DNA of 30,315 bases, from IMG/VR virus record IMGVR_UViG_3300006029_000045, positions 1 to 30,315 of that record. One strand, written 5' to 3'. Below, piece after piece: positions 1 to 7,194 of the stretch. Under the pieces are notes generated by a model that worked only from the letters and a program-made list of their open reading frames with translations, made no database searches and had not been told where the DNA came from. This stretch comes from a virus (taxonomy: Duplodnaviria > Caudoviricetes). Numbering within the stretch: the stretch's first letter is position 1; every line of letters begins with the position of its first letter. The translations under genes were made by a program, and so were the position numbers.

Positions 1-2
1 AT

Positions 3-161
3 ATCTATGGAGTAGATAAGATCTATCCAGATTGTGATGTTTCTAGGTCACTTGTGAATCTTATGAATACTAAAACTATCCCACTTGAGAAAGTCTATTG
101 GATTAGACAGTTAGGTATTGAGTTGGAGCAACGACCTGTAGAGTTAAAAGAATTATTATAG
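3..161 (+). CDS. Hypothetical early phage protein, 5'-truncated (..IYGVDKIYPDCDVSRSL..ELKELL)
   Basis: Open frame from the window edge to TAG at 159-161; not in the ORF track. Confidence 0.6.
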   Translation: MYGVDKIYPDCDVSRSLVNLMNTKTIPLEKVYWIRQLGIELEQRPVELKELL

Positions 162-172
162 GAGTGTATATC

Positions 173-316
173 ATGATCAAATATAGGATAAATCGTAAAC
201 ATACTGTCAGGGTTAGAAAGATAGTATTTAAAAAACTCCCTAGCAAATTACATTTTGCTAAGTTTGTTAGGACTATTGGCTCTGGTTACAGAGTTGTTTA
301 TGTTAATAAATATTAA
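173..316 (+). CDS. Small basic hypothetical protein, 47 aa (MIKYRINRKHTVRVRK..)
   Basis: AGGAG RBS at 160-164, ATG 173, TAA 314-316; below the ORF-track length cutoff. Confidence 0.6.
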   Translation: MIKYRINRKHTVRVRKIVFKKLPSKLHFAKFVRTIGSGYRVVYVNKY

Positions 317-317
317 A

Positions 318-361
318 AGATTTAAAAGGTCTTTTACAGAGTGAAAGACCTTTATAAATCT
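318..361 (+). repeat. 44-nt hairpin, copy 1 (candidate RNase III processing site)
   Basis: AGATTTA-AAAGGTCTTT-TAC-AGA-GTG-AAAGACCTTT-A-TAAATCT; 42/44 identical to 1798-1841; directly upstream of AAGGAG RBS. Confidence 0.85.
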
Positions 362-377
362 AAAAGGAGACGGCACA

Positions 378-584
378 ATGTTGGTGTTCAATTACCCTAG
401 TAAAAAGAATATGAAAGAACAGTTGGGATCGCCACTAGTTTATATAGAGACTAGTATTTTTGGAGAAGAGTACCGCAGAGATGGTGTATTAGTAGGAGCT
501 AATAGACCTCACATAACAGGCCAAGGCAGAGAATTCTTTGCTGAAGTCACCATGAAAGATGGTCTAATCAAATCAGTTAAATAA
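378..584 (+). CDS. Hypothetical early phage protein, 68 aa
   Basis: AAGGAG RBS at 364-369, ATG start. Confidence 0.85.
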   Translation: MLVFNYPSKKNMKEQLGSPLVYIETSIFGEEYRRDGVLVGANRPHITGQGREFFAEVTMKDGLIKSVK

Positions 585-600
585 AAATAGGAGCAGCACA

Positions 601-816
601 ATGCTAAATAGTTTGAGTTTTCACCGTATCAAAGATGTTGAAATAAAAACCTACGCCGATGAAAAATGGATAGATCTTGTCATAAGAAATGGCGAGGGTG
701 AAAAGTTTACTTTCTGTATGTTTGCAGCTTTTACAGTGGACAGAAACCAGCTATTACGACAGATTAGTGATGGAGCTATAAGGGCTCTATATGAGGCAAA
801 AGATGAACATAAATAG
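601..816 (+). CDS. Hypothetical early phage protein, 71 aa
   Basis: AGGAG RBS, ATG start, tight packing. Confidence 0.8.
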   Translation: MLNSLSFHRIKDVEIKTYADEKWIDLVIRNGEGEKFTFCMFAAFTVDRNQLLRQISDGAIRALYEAKDEHK

Positions 817-994
817 ATTTGAAGTAGCCGAAGTAGATTTTAATAAAAACATTGTGGTGTGTTTCTACCCTAAGGGTGGAAGGACAGTGTACGGTGACGT
901 TGTTGTGTTCGATTCACTGGACGCTATAGGAACTATATTCCTGCCACTAGAAGCCACATACTTGTTAGTTGCTAGACCAGAGGGCCATTCATAG
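803..994 (+). CDS. Hypothetical early phage protein
   Basis: GAGG at 793-796 favours ATG 803 over 791; overlaps the previous stop. Confidence 0.7.
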   Translation: MNINRFEVAEVDFNKNIVVCFYPKGGRTVYGDVVVFDSLDAIGTIFLPLEATYLLVARPEGHS

Positions 995-1006
995 GGAGCA
1001 ATACAG

Positions 1007-1636
1007 ATGATAAAAGTAAAAAATGTTTTAGCAACGCCGAAGTTCTCAAAGACTTCGGCAATGCCGGGGATTAGCTGGTCACTTGAAGCTAAGGCTACTT
1101 GCCCCGGTTCATTGGATTCTAATGGTGGTTTAGTAGCTGCCTGTTCAACCTGTTATGCTGCTAAAGGGTTTTATAATATGCCCACTGTAAAAGCTGTGAG
1201 AAAACATAACAAAGAAGATTGGCAATCTGATGATTGGATAGATGTGATGGTAGCGGAAGTTGACACTGTTAGATACTTCAGGTGGTTTGACAGCGGTGAT
1301 TGCTATCACATTGATTTAGCTAAGAAAATACTGGAGGTTATGAAACGTACTCCACATACTAATCATTGGTTTCCTACCAGACAGCACAAGTTTGAGAAGT
1401 TTTTACCTGTTCTCAAAGAGATGCAAAGCTTGGATAATGTTGTAGTTCGTTGGTCTTCTGATGGTATCAATGGAGAAATCATTGAAGGTGATTGTACTTC
1501 TACAATAGTTCAGGATTGGAGCCAAGCTCCTGTTGATGTTAAGAAGTGTAGTAAGCCTGATAACGATGGAAAATGTGGTAGCTGCCGAAGCTGTTGGGAT
1601 AAATCAACTAAGACTGTTGCCTATCTATGGCACTAA
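1007..1636 (+). CDS. GP88-like (PF17338-type) Cys-rich protein, radical-SAM-like
   Basis: SKTSAMP-x-SWSL, TCPG, CSTCYA, FRWFDSGD, HWFPTR, C-terminal C-x8-CGSCRSCW. Confidence 0.75.
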   Translation: MIKVKNVLATPKFSKTSAMPGISWSLEAKATCPGSLDSNGGLVAACSTCYAAKGFYNMPTVKAVRKHNKEDWQSDDWIDVMVAEVDTVRYFRWFDSGDCYHIDLAKKILEVMKRTPHTNHWFPTRQHKFEKFLPVLKEMQSLDNVVVRWSSDGINGEIIEGDCTSTIVQDWSQAPVDVKKCSKPDNDGKCGSCRSCWDKSTKTVAYLWH

Positions 1637-1646
1637 GGATACTAGT

Positions 1647-1805
1647 ATGTCTAATTCGTTTGATAAAAATAAATTTACCGCTCAACTCCATAAAGATATG
1701 GAGCAGTATTTTAAAAAAGGTAATTCAATTACCAAGCTTCCAATGTCACCTGAGATTGTGAAGATGCGAAAAGATATTAATAAAAAGTTTTTTACTAAGT
1801 TTTAA
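1647..1805 (+). CDS. Small basic hypothetical protein, 52 aa (MSNSFDK..)
   Basis: AAGGA RBS before ATG 1647; stop lies inside hairpin copy 2. Confidence 0.7.
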   Translation: MSNSFDKNKFTAQLHKDMEQYFKKGNSITKLPMSPEIVKMRKDINKKFFTKF

Positions 1806-1841
1806 AAGGTCTTTTACAGAGTGAAAGACCTTTATAAAACT
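1798..1841 (+). repeat. 44-nt hairpin, copy 2 (candidate RNase III processing site)
   Basis: AGTTTTA-AAAGGTCTTT-TAC-AGA-GTG-AAAGACCTTT-A-TAAAACT; followed by AAGGAG at 1842-1847. Confidence 0.85.
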
Positions 1842-1853
1842 AAGGAGCCGACC

Positions 1854-2114
1854 ATGACCACCGACGAAAACGATACTATAGAGCTTATACTAGAGGAAGC
1901 AGAAGAAGCACGTTTACAAATAGCGGCGATGTTTGATCGAATAAAAATGAATCCTATAATAGGGGCCGTTGCTTTGGCTACCTTGCTGCATCAGGTTAAA
2001 CATGAATTAGAAGAAGATGAACACGATTTCGTAGAAACGCTATCTTCTTTTTGTACTAAAGCTGTCGATGTTGCAATAGATCTAGATAGAATTGATGAGG
2101 GAGTAATGCACTAA
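1854..2114 (+). CDS. Acidic hypothetical protein, 86 aa
   Basis: AAGGAG at 1842-1847 places the start at ATG 1854; the track's GTG 1821 is inside the hairpin. Confidence 0.8.
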   Translation: MTTDENDTIELILEEAEEARLQIAAMFDRIKMNPIIGAVALATLLHQVKHELEEDEHDFVETLSSFCTKAVDVAIDLDRIDEGVMH

Positions 2115-2186
2115 TGAATAAGCAAGACCAAGAGGAGAACAATGATATTTAATTAACCTACATTCACTTGATTGAGGTAAATAAAC

Positions 2187-2336
2187 ATGAGAAACAATAC
2201 AATAATCTGCACAGCAAAAGACCTTGCAGCTATTGTTGCAGGGTTAGTCAGAGAAGGAGTCACATTCGAAGTGGTAAAAATAGACTATCATTTATTGGAA
2301 GATGCTTACGAAATTTTTCTAACTGGCGGGTATTAA
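2187..2336 (+). CDS. Hypothetical protein, 49 aa (MRNNTIICTAKDLAAIVAGLVREGVTFEV..LTGGY)
   Basis: GAGGT RBS, ATG 2187, TAA 2334-2336; more plausible than the track ORF 2168..2404. Confidence 0.75.
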   Translation: MRNNTIICTAKDLAAIVAGLVREGVTFEVVKIDYHLLEDAYEIFLTGGY

Positions 2337-2357
2337 AAACCAATACAGGAGAAAGTA

Positions 2358-2705
2358 ATGAACGACAATTTAGATGGAAATACCGCAGCACTAAATGCTT
2401 ATGAGCTTGAGCAAGATCGTCTTTATTTAACTGCTGAGATTGCAGCCGATGACAAAGAGATGCGGCTTGATGACTTGGTTCTTGCCGAAATTGAAACGGA
2501 TGGCGTTATAGCTCTGGAGGCAATAGGCACAGAGGCAACTCTGGAATCTATTAACCATTTTAACAAGAAATTGAAAGAAGCATTGATGGAAGCTATTCAG
2601 TGTAAAGGCTCCAACGCTCAAGACCTTGCGGATAAAGACTTGGGAAAGATATTCAGAGAACTAACATATGAGTACATCGCACACTCAATGGAGGATTTGA
2701 TATGA
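2358..2705 (+). CDS. Acidic hypothetical protein, 115 aa
   Basis: AGGAG RBS; about 26 D/E versus 10 K/R. Confidence 0.8.
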   Translation: MNDNLDGNTAALNAYELEQDRLYLTAEIAADDKEMRLDDLVLAEIETDGVIALEAIGTEATLESINHFNKKLKEALMEAIQCKGSNAQDLADKDLGKIFRELTYEYIAHSMEDLI

Positions 2706-2815
2706 AAGCCACTAACTGGCACTCAGAGACAATGAATCGCTTCAAGACACTATTACAACTTCTTGTTTTGATAGGGCTAGAGAAATAGCAAATGAAATGG
2801 CAGAGGATATATTTA

Positions 2816-3031
2816 ATGAAAACAATAATTCATGTTAATCAGCACAACATCAGGGCTAATGCTAAAGGAGCTAACAAGCCTGTGCTAACTGTGAAGACTT
2901 ACAAATCAAACACTTACTGTAATCGTGTTAAGTTTGTAGATGGAGAGCTAAAGTATTCGCCTGACAAACCATTGTCATGTGGTGCTAAAGTTTGGATAGA
3001 AACTAACCAACCTGTAGAAATACTAAACTAA
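2816..3031 (+). CDS. Conserved-type phage hypothetical protein (IHVNQH..KPLSCGAKVWIET)
   Basis: GAGGA RBS before ATG 2816; motif pattern familiar from phage hypothetical proteins. Confidence 0.8.
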   Translation: MKTIIHVNQHNIRANAKGANKPVLTVKTYKSNTYCNRVKFVDGELKYSPDKPLSCGAKVWIETNQPVEILN

Positions 3032-3041
3032 GGAGCAACTT

Positions 3042-3920
3042 ATGAGCAATGTAATAGATATGTATTCACTCGGTTCCGGCTATGGTGATGCTGATTTTGA
3101 TATAGAAACCCGTCCCTTATTTCACACCTCAAGGGAAGCTGTTAACATGCCAGTTAATAAAAGAGCTATAGTCAGAACCGATACTGATGAGTGTCTCGGT
3201 GTTGTTGGCCCTAAGTATAAGCCAATAAATCATAAAGAAATGATAGCCCATCAGAGGCTCATGATTATGAGGAGTGATCTTGATACTAAGAATCTAATTG
3301 AGTCTATTGTTACTGATCGTAACGGTGCTAGATGTTATGTAAAGCATACCTTACCCAACCAGTTTTTAGAAACTCCAGATGGTGACACTGCTGCCTTGAG
3401 TTTCTTAGGAGTTAATAGCTTTGACGGTCTGTTTAGTTTCATGATGTCAGCCGGTGCCAGACAGTCAGTCTGTATGAATGGACAGATATTTACAGAAGGT
3501 AGCTCTACCATATATAAGTCTAGACATACTCAACAGTTAGATATCCATAAAGGTTCTAGGATTGTTGGTAAAGGTCTAGAGGTAATGATGCAGCAGAATG
3601 AGCTATGGAAGATATGGTATAAGACTGTCCCATCTCACGAAATTATTAAGTCTATATTTGCTGCCACAATTGACGGCGATCCTCTTGATGAAAAGACAGG
3701 GAATAATAAAAACTATATACAGCTTTGGAAGTTGTATAAAGATGTTTATAAGCCTCGTCAAGGTGCAAATCTATGGGCAGTTTATAATGCTCTAACCCAC
3801 TGGGCTACACATTGCCAGCCCTCTAGGAAGAGTTCATCCATTATATCTTTACAGAATCGCAGAGCTAATAAAGTTTCTGAGGTTATTTCTAATGATCATC
3901 TGTTTCGTAAGGCAGCATAA
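3042..3920 (+). CDS. DUF932/DUF945-family protein
   Basis: VRTDT-x2-CLGVVG-x2-YKP, NSFDG, VCMNG, RHT and NLWAVYNALTHWATH motifs; AAGGAG RBS. Confidence 0.85.
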   Translation: MSNVIDMYSLGSGYGDADFDIETRPLFHTSREAVNMPVNKRAIVRTDTDECLGVVGPKYKPINHKEMIAHQRLMIMRSDLDTKNLIESIVTDRNGARCYVKHTLPNQFLETPDGDTAALSFLGVNSFDGLFSFMMSAGARQSVCMNGQIFTEGSSTIYKSRHTQQLDIHKGSRIVGKGLEVMMQQNELWKIWYKTVPSHEIIKSIFAATIDGDPLDEKTGNNKNYIQLWKLYKDVYKPRQGANLWAVYNALTHWATHCQPSRKSSSIISLQNRRANKVSEVISNDHLFRKAA

Positions 3921-4090
3921 TGGTTAATGATTCTACATTAGCTGATCTCATTTCTCTTAGGGATGCCCTTATTGGGTGTCCCTTTGAGTCTAATGAGGAC
4001 ATCTTGTTTTTTAATCATCTGGATGAAGTAATTTATTATATTGAGGAGCGAAAACAAAATGGAGAGACAGAAGTTTTACGATCAGATTGA
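3920..4090 (+). CDS. Small acidic hypothetical protein, 56 aa (MVNDSTLADLISLRD..)
   Basis: TAATG coupling to the DUF932 stop; TGA 4088-4090; fills an apparent gap. Confidence 0.6.
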   Translation: MVNDSTLADLISLRDALIGCPFESNEDILFFNHLDEVIYYIEERKQNGETEVLRSD

Positions 4091-4304
4091 CAATTGGATA
4101 GCATATAATTTTATAAAAATTGATGCGCCTGTTCCACAAGATAGCTTTATACGTAGCTTTCTTTTTTTTGTAGAAGATGAGTTTTCAAGTAAAGCTACTA
4201 CAGATAAAGGTAGGTTTATGCCTTGGGAACAGGTCAGTGGAGATGAGTTAGATGATTTGCTACCTAAAATATTTACAACATACTTAAATGTAAGGAGCTT
4301 ATAA
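4059..4304 (+). CDS. Hypothetical protein
   Basis: GAGGAG at 4043-4048 before ATG 4059. Confidence 0.75.
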   Translation: MERQKFYDQIDNWIAYNFIKIDAPVPQDSFIRSFLFFVEDEFSSKATTDKGRFMPWEQVSGDELDDLLPKIFTTYLNVRSL

Positions 4305-4525
4305 TGAAAATAAAAGATGAACTAGAAAGGCAAAGAGAAATGCAGGAAATGGGTATGACAAAATGGAGAACAGATAGTATCTATAATCCAAGACATGTTG
4401 TTACTCAACAGGAGAAACTAGATTATGAACCTTTACCTTTATGGGTATGGGGATTAATTTTATGGGGAAGTATGTCTTTAATTGTGGGTGCTTACTGCTT
4501 GGTCTTCTTAGGAGAGTTGCTATGA
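4304..4525 (+). CDS. Hypothetical membrane protein (C-terminal TM helix)
   Basis: AAGGAG RBS, TAATG overlap; hydrophobic LWVWGLILWGSMSLIVGAYCLVFL. Confidence 0.75.
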   Translation: MKIKDELERQREMQEMGMTKWRTDSIYNPRHVVTQQEKLDYEPLPLWVWGLILWGSMSLIVGAYCLVFLGELL

Positions 4526-4758
4526 AAGAAATAGATCACTCAGCAGCTAATGAGATAATAAGTGAGTTCTTAGGCTCTAAAAACATGACAATCAGTAAAG
4601 CATTAGAAACTATATACGAGTGTGCTGATTACGATCAGGATGAGAATGTAGCTAGAGATTGGGAAAGAGCTATGTCTTATATTGCTTATCAGCTAGGCGT
4701 AGTCTTTGATGAAGACACCGAGCAATGGGTAACTGCTGATGAGGGGCATCCGGTATGA
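4522..4758 (+). CDS. Acidic hypothetical protein, 78 aa
   Basis: AGGAG RBS, ATGA overlap at 4522; about 18 D/E versus 5 K/R. Confidence 0.75.
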   Translation: MKEIDHSAANEIISEFLGSKNMTISKALETIYECADYDQDENVARDWERAMSYIAYQLGVVFDEDTEQWVTADEGHPV

Positions 4759-5285
4759 ATATATTCTATCTAGATCGTGACCCTGTAACCTGTGCTAAAC
4801 AGCACTGTGATAAGCATATAGTCAAAATGATTTTAGAATATGCACAGTTACTATCTACAGCCCATAGAGTTCTCGATGGTGCTGAACATTATGAAGCTTC
4901 TGATCGCACTGGTCGTATGATTAAACGCTTTTGGCTTGAAAAACCTAAAGATAAACTGTACCAAGCCACACATATTCACCATCCTTCTGCCATATGGTGT
5001 AGAGAAAATATAAGTAATTACATATGGTTGTCTGATTTATTTGTAGCTTGTTTAAAGGAGTACACATATAGATATAATAAAACTCACAAGTGTTCAGAGC
5101 TTAAAGAACTATTGCTTGAGCCGCCAGAGCATATTACTATAGGTGCATTTTTCCCACCCACTTTAGCAATGCCAGATGAACATAAGGTTTCGGATTGTAA
5201 CATCGAGTGTTACCGAAACTATTACCATACGAAACACTTTGCTAAGTGGACTAACAGACCTATACCGGAGTGGTTTAATGCCTAG
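4755..5285 (+). CDS. Pyrimidine-dimer DNA glycosylase family protein (DenV/PF03013-like)
   Basis: MNIFYLD..HCDKHIVKMILEYAQLLSTAH, THIHHPSAIW, PPTLAMPD, YRNYY. Confidence 0.85.
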   Translation: MNIFYLDRDPVTCAKQHCDKHIVKMILEYAQLLSTAHRVLDGAEHYEASDRTGRMIKRFWLEKPKDKLYQATHIHHPSAIWCRENISNYIWLSDLFVACLKEYTYRYNKTHKCSELKELLLEPPEHITIGAFFPPTLAMPDEHKVSDCNIECYRNYYHTKHFAKWTNRPIPEWFNA

Positions 5286-5463
5286 TAATTATACACAACA
5301 TCAGTTAATGAAGTTACTTCCGGTAAAAACCAATAAAGAATATGATGATCATTTATTAAATAAAAAGTATTTTGCTTTGTGGTACAAGGCACACAACAAG
5401 GAACATCAAGATGAAAAAACATCTAGACTTAAAAGATTTTTTACTTTCTCCAAAGATGAGTGA
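5278..5463 (+). CDS. Hypothetical protein, 61 aa
   Basis: GGAG before ATG 5278; overlaps both neighbours. Confidence 0.5.
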   Translation: MPSNYTQHQLMKLLPVKTNKEYDDHLLNKKYFALWYKAHNKEHQDEKTSRLKRFFTFSKDE

Positions 5464-5704
5464 CAGAGCTACAACTTGGTATTACTACGAAGGATGGAGG
5501 CTCTGTGAGATTAGTATAGGCAGTAAGTTTATTCATATAAAACCTTTGTTTGGAGGTTATTCAAAAAAGAAAATAGGTATACGAAAGGGTAGAGGCATAT
5601 TAAAAGATATGTATTGGAGGGCTGCTAGATGCGATGCTTTCTTTAAAGCTTTGGGTGAAGGAAAGAAACGTAAGCCTAGAAACTGGGAGAAACTTTATGC
5701 CTAG
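5411..5704 (+). CDS. Basic hypothetical protein
   Basis: AAGGA before ATG 5411. Confidence 0.65.
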   Translation: MKKHLDLKDFLLSPKMSDRATTWYYYEGWRLCEISIGSKFIHIKPLFGGYSKKKIGIRKGRGILKDMYWRAARCDAFFKALGEGKKRKPRNWEKLYA

Positions 5705-6143
5705 GAAACTATATGAGACTAAGCAATCTTTAGATGCTGAAAAGAATTTTGCTAAAGACTTACAGAAATATTTTAAAGTTAATTTAAAAAAACTACCTAT
5801 GCAATATAGCTTAGACTTCGTAGCTATAGATACTAAAAATTATAAGCCTAAGTTCTTTTTAGAACTAAAAGAACGTAGATGTAAACGTATTACTTATCCT
5901 ACTTATATAATATCTTTATCTAAATTCCTGAAAGCTAAAGAGATTTATAGATCTTTAAATATGAATACCTACCTCTGTGTTAGATGGGCAGATGCTAGTG
6001 GTTATATTTGTCTCAATGATATTGAGGATGATAATATTGACATTACTATGGGAGGTCGTTATGATCGAAACGATTGGCAAGATGTAGAGCCATTGTTAAC
6101 TATTGACATTGGAAAATTTATAATAATTGGAGACACTGAATGA
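5697..6143 (+). CDS. PD-(D/E)xK-family nuclease-like protein
   Basis: LDF...ELKER, YPTYIISLSK, GGRYDRND-x-QD-x-EP; GGGAG before ATG 5697. Confidence 0.7.
   Translation: MPRKLYETKQSLDAEKNFAKDLQKYFKVNLKKLPMQYSLDFVAIDTKNYKPKFFLELKERRCKRITYPTYIISLSKFLKAKEIYRSLNMNTYLCVRWADASGYICLNDIEDDNIDITMGGRYDRNDWQDVEPLLTIDIGKFIIIGDTE
6037..6065 (+). promoter_or_regulatory. Candidate sigma70 promoter inside the nuclease gene
   Basis: TTGACA (6037-6042), 17-nt spacer, TATGAT (6060-6065); 11/12 consensus match. Confidence 0.55.
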
Positions 6144-6430
6144 ATACAGATAATCTTGATCCCTTCTCAGATATAAAAGAATACTTCACAACTCTAAAGG
6201 ATGCAACAATTAATGGATCAATAAAGGCCAAGGTATTAATGCTAGGGGGAGGACTGTTTATACTAGGGTTCTATGCCTTTGCTATTATGCTACTGGCAGA
6301 GATCGTTGAGCTGATGGATTTACAAAGCCGAACAGGTATGTTACCATCTACTATCGAGAACGTAGTGCTTGCCTTTCTGTTTTGGGCAGGTCACAGATAT
6401 TTTTACAACAAAGCTAAAGAGGAGCTATAA
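6140..6430 (+). CDS. Hypothetical membrane protein
   Basis: GGAG RBS, ATGA overlap; hydrophobic VLMLGGGLFILGFYAFAIMLLA and VVLAFLFW. Confidence 0.7.
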   Translation: MNTDNLDPFSDIKEYFTTLKDATINGSIKAKVLMLGGGLFILGFYAFAIMLLAEIVELMDLQSRTGMLPSTIENVVLAFLFWAGHRYFYNKAKEEL

Positions 6431-6431
6431 A

Positions 6432-6860
6432 ATGGCTATAGTACAAGGTACTGCTTACTGGGCTAGCATTAAACGCCCTAATACAACCTATGAACCAGTG
6501 TACAGTGTCAACCTTGTGGTTGATGAGGAGACTGCCTCGGATTTTAAACGCCGAGGATTTACAATTAAAGATATGAATGAAGGCCCTGCCATTATCATTA
6601 AAAGAAAAGTGAACGGTGGGCCAAAAGGAACTAGAGAGCCTCCTAAACTTTATGATCGAATGAAGAATGAGATTGATGTAGAAGTTGGTAATGGTTCTAA
6701 GGTCAAAGTTTCCTATCGTGAGTGGGAGATGGACAGAGGTGGGCAACATTATCAAGGGCTAGAGTTTATAGCCTTACAGGTTTTAGACCTAGTCCCTTAC
6801 TCTAGTGGAGGAGGAGCCGATGAGTTTGATATAGAAGAATCACTTGAGGATGAACTATGA
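6432..6860 (+). CDS. ssb: Single-stranded DNA-binding protein (T7 gp2.5-like)
   Basis: G-x-AYWA, VGNGSKVKV, LQVLDLVPY, acidic tail DEFDIEESLEDEL; GAGGAG before ATG 6432; upstream of the primase. Confidence 0.8.
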   Translation: MAIVQGTAYWASIKRPNTTYEPVYSVNLVVDEETASDFKRRGFTIKDMNEGPAIIIKRKVNGGPKGTREPPKLYDRMKNEIDVEVGNGSKVKVSYREWEMDRGGQHYQGLEFIALQVLDLVPYSSGGGADEFDIEESLEDEL

Positions 6861-7138
6861 GTATATTCAAGACTGACAATGGAGACTTCGATGTCTCCAA
6901 GATGTCTTTAGAAAACCAACGTAACTTTGAATTAGCTCAGTATCTGATAATTGATATAGAATCTTTGTCAAAAGATATTCAAACCAAGAAGGCTGCACTT
7001 GAGTACTTTAAGTTACAGCTAGGCACTGAATGTAATGATGATACAAAGGCCATATATAAAAGAACTAGGGATGAAGATGGTAAGTTTATTGCCGACAATC
7101 CCGACACTCCTGAGGATGAGGCTTGGACTATAGATTAA
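6857..7138 (+). CDS. Hypothetical protein with C-terminal RTRDEDGKFIADNPDTPEDEAW motif
   Basis: GAGGA RBS, ATGA overlap. Confidence 0.75.
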   Translation: MSIFKTDNGDFDVSKMSLENQRNFELAQYLIIDIESLSKDIQTKKAALEYFKLQLGTECNDDTKAIYKRTRDEDGKFIADNPDTPEDEAWTID

Positions 7139-7156
7139 TTGTGTGCTGTTGATTTG

Positions 7157-7183
7157 GGGGAGTTTAGGCTCCCCTTTTTTTTT
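7157..7183 (+). terminator. Intrinsic (rho-independent) terminator
   Basis: GGGGAGT-TTAG-GCTCCCC stem-loop followed by T9. Confidence 0.85.
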
Positions 7184-7194
7184 AAGGAGCAAAA

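Noticed and set aside
318-361. Hairpin as an intrinsic terminator
   Set aside because: AT-rich stem followed by an RBS instead of a U-tract.
364-603. Shared AGGAG-x3-GCACAATG before two early genes
   Set aside because: Two short copies only; explained by translation-initiation context.
318-1841. Palindromic repeat plus a Cas4-like gene read as a CRISPR system
   Set aside because: Only two copies 1480 nt apart with genes between them; no spacers, no cas1/cas2; solo Cas4-like nucleases are common in phages.
2168-2404. Track ORF of 78 aa
   Set aside because: TTG start without RBS; the frame 2187..2336 has a good RBS and fits without overlap.
2702-2788. 28-aa ORF MKATNWHSETM..
   Set aside because: Has an RBS and ATGA overlap but is too short to support; may be real or a remnant.
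4087-4109. TTGACA and TATAAT as a promoter (also 6103-6124)
   Set aside because: Spacers of only 10-11 nt.
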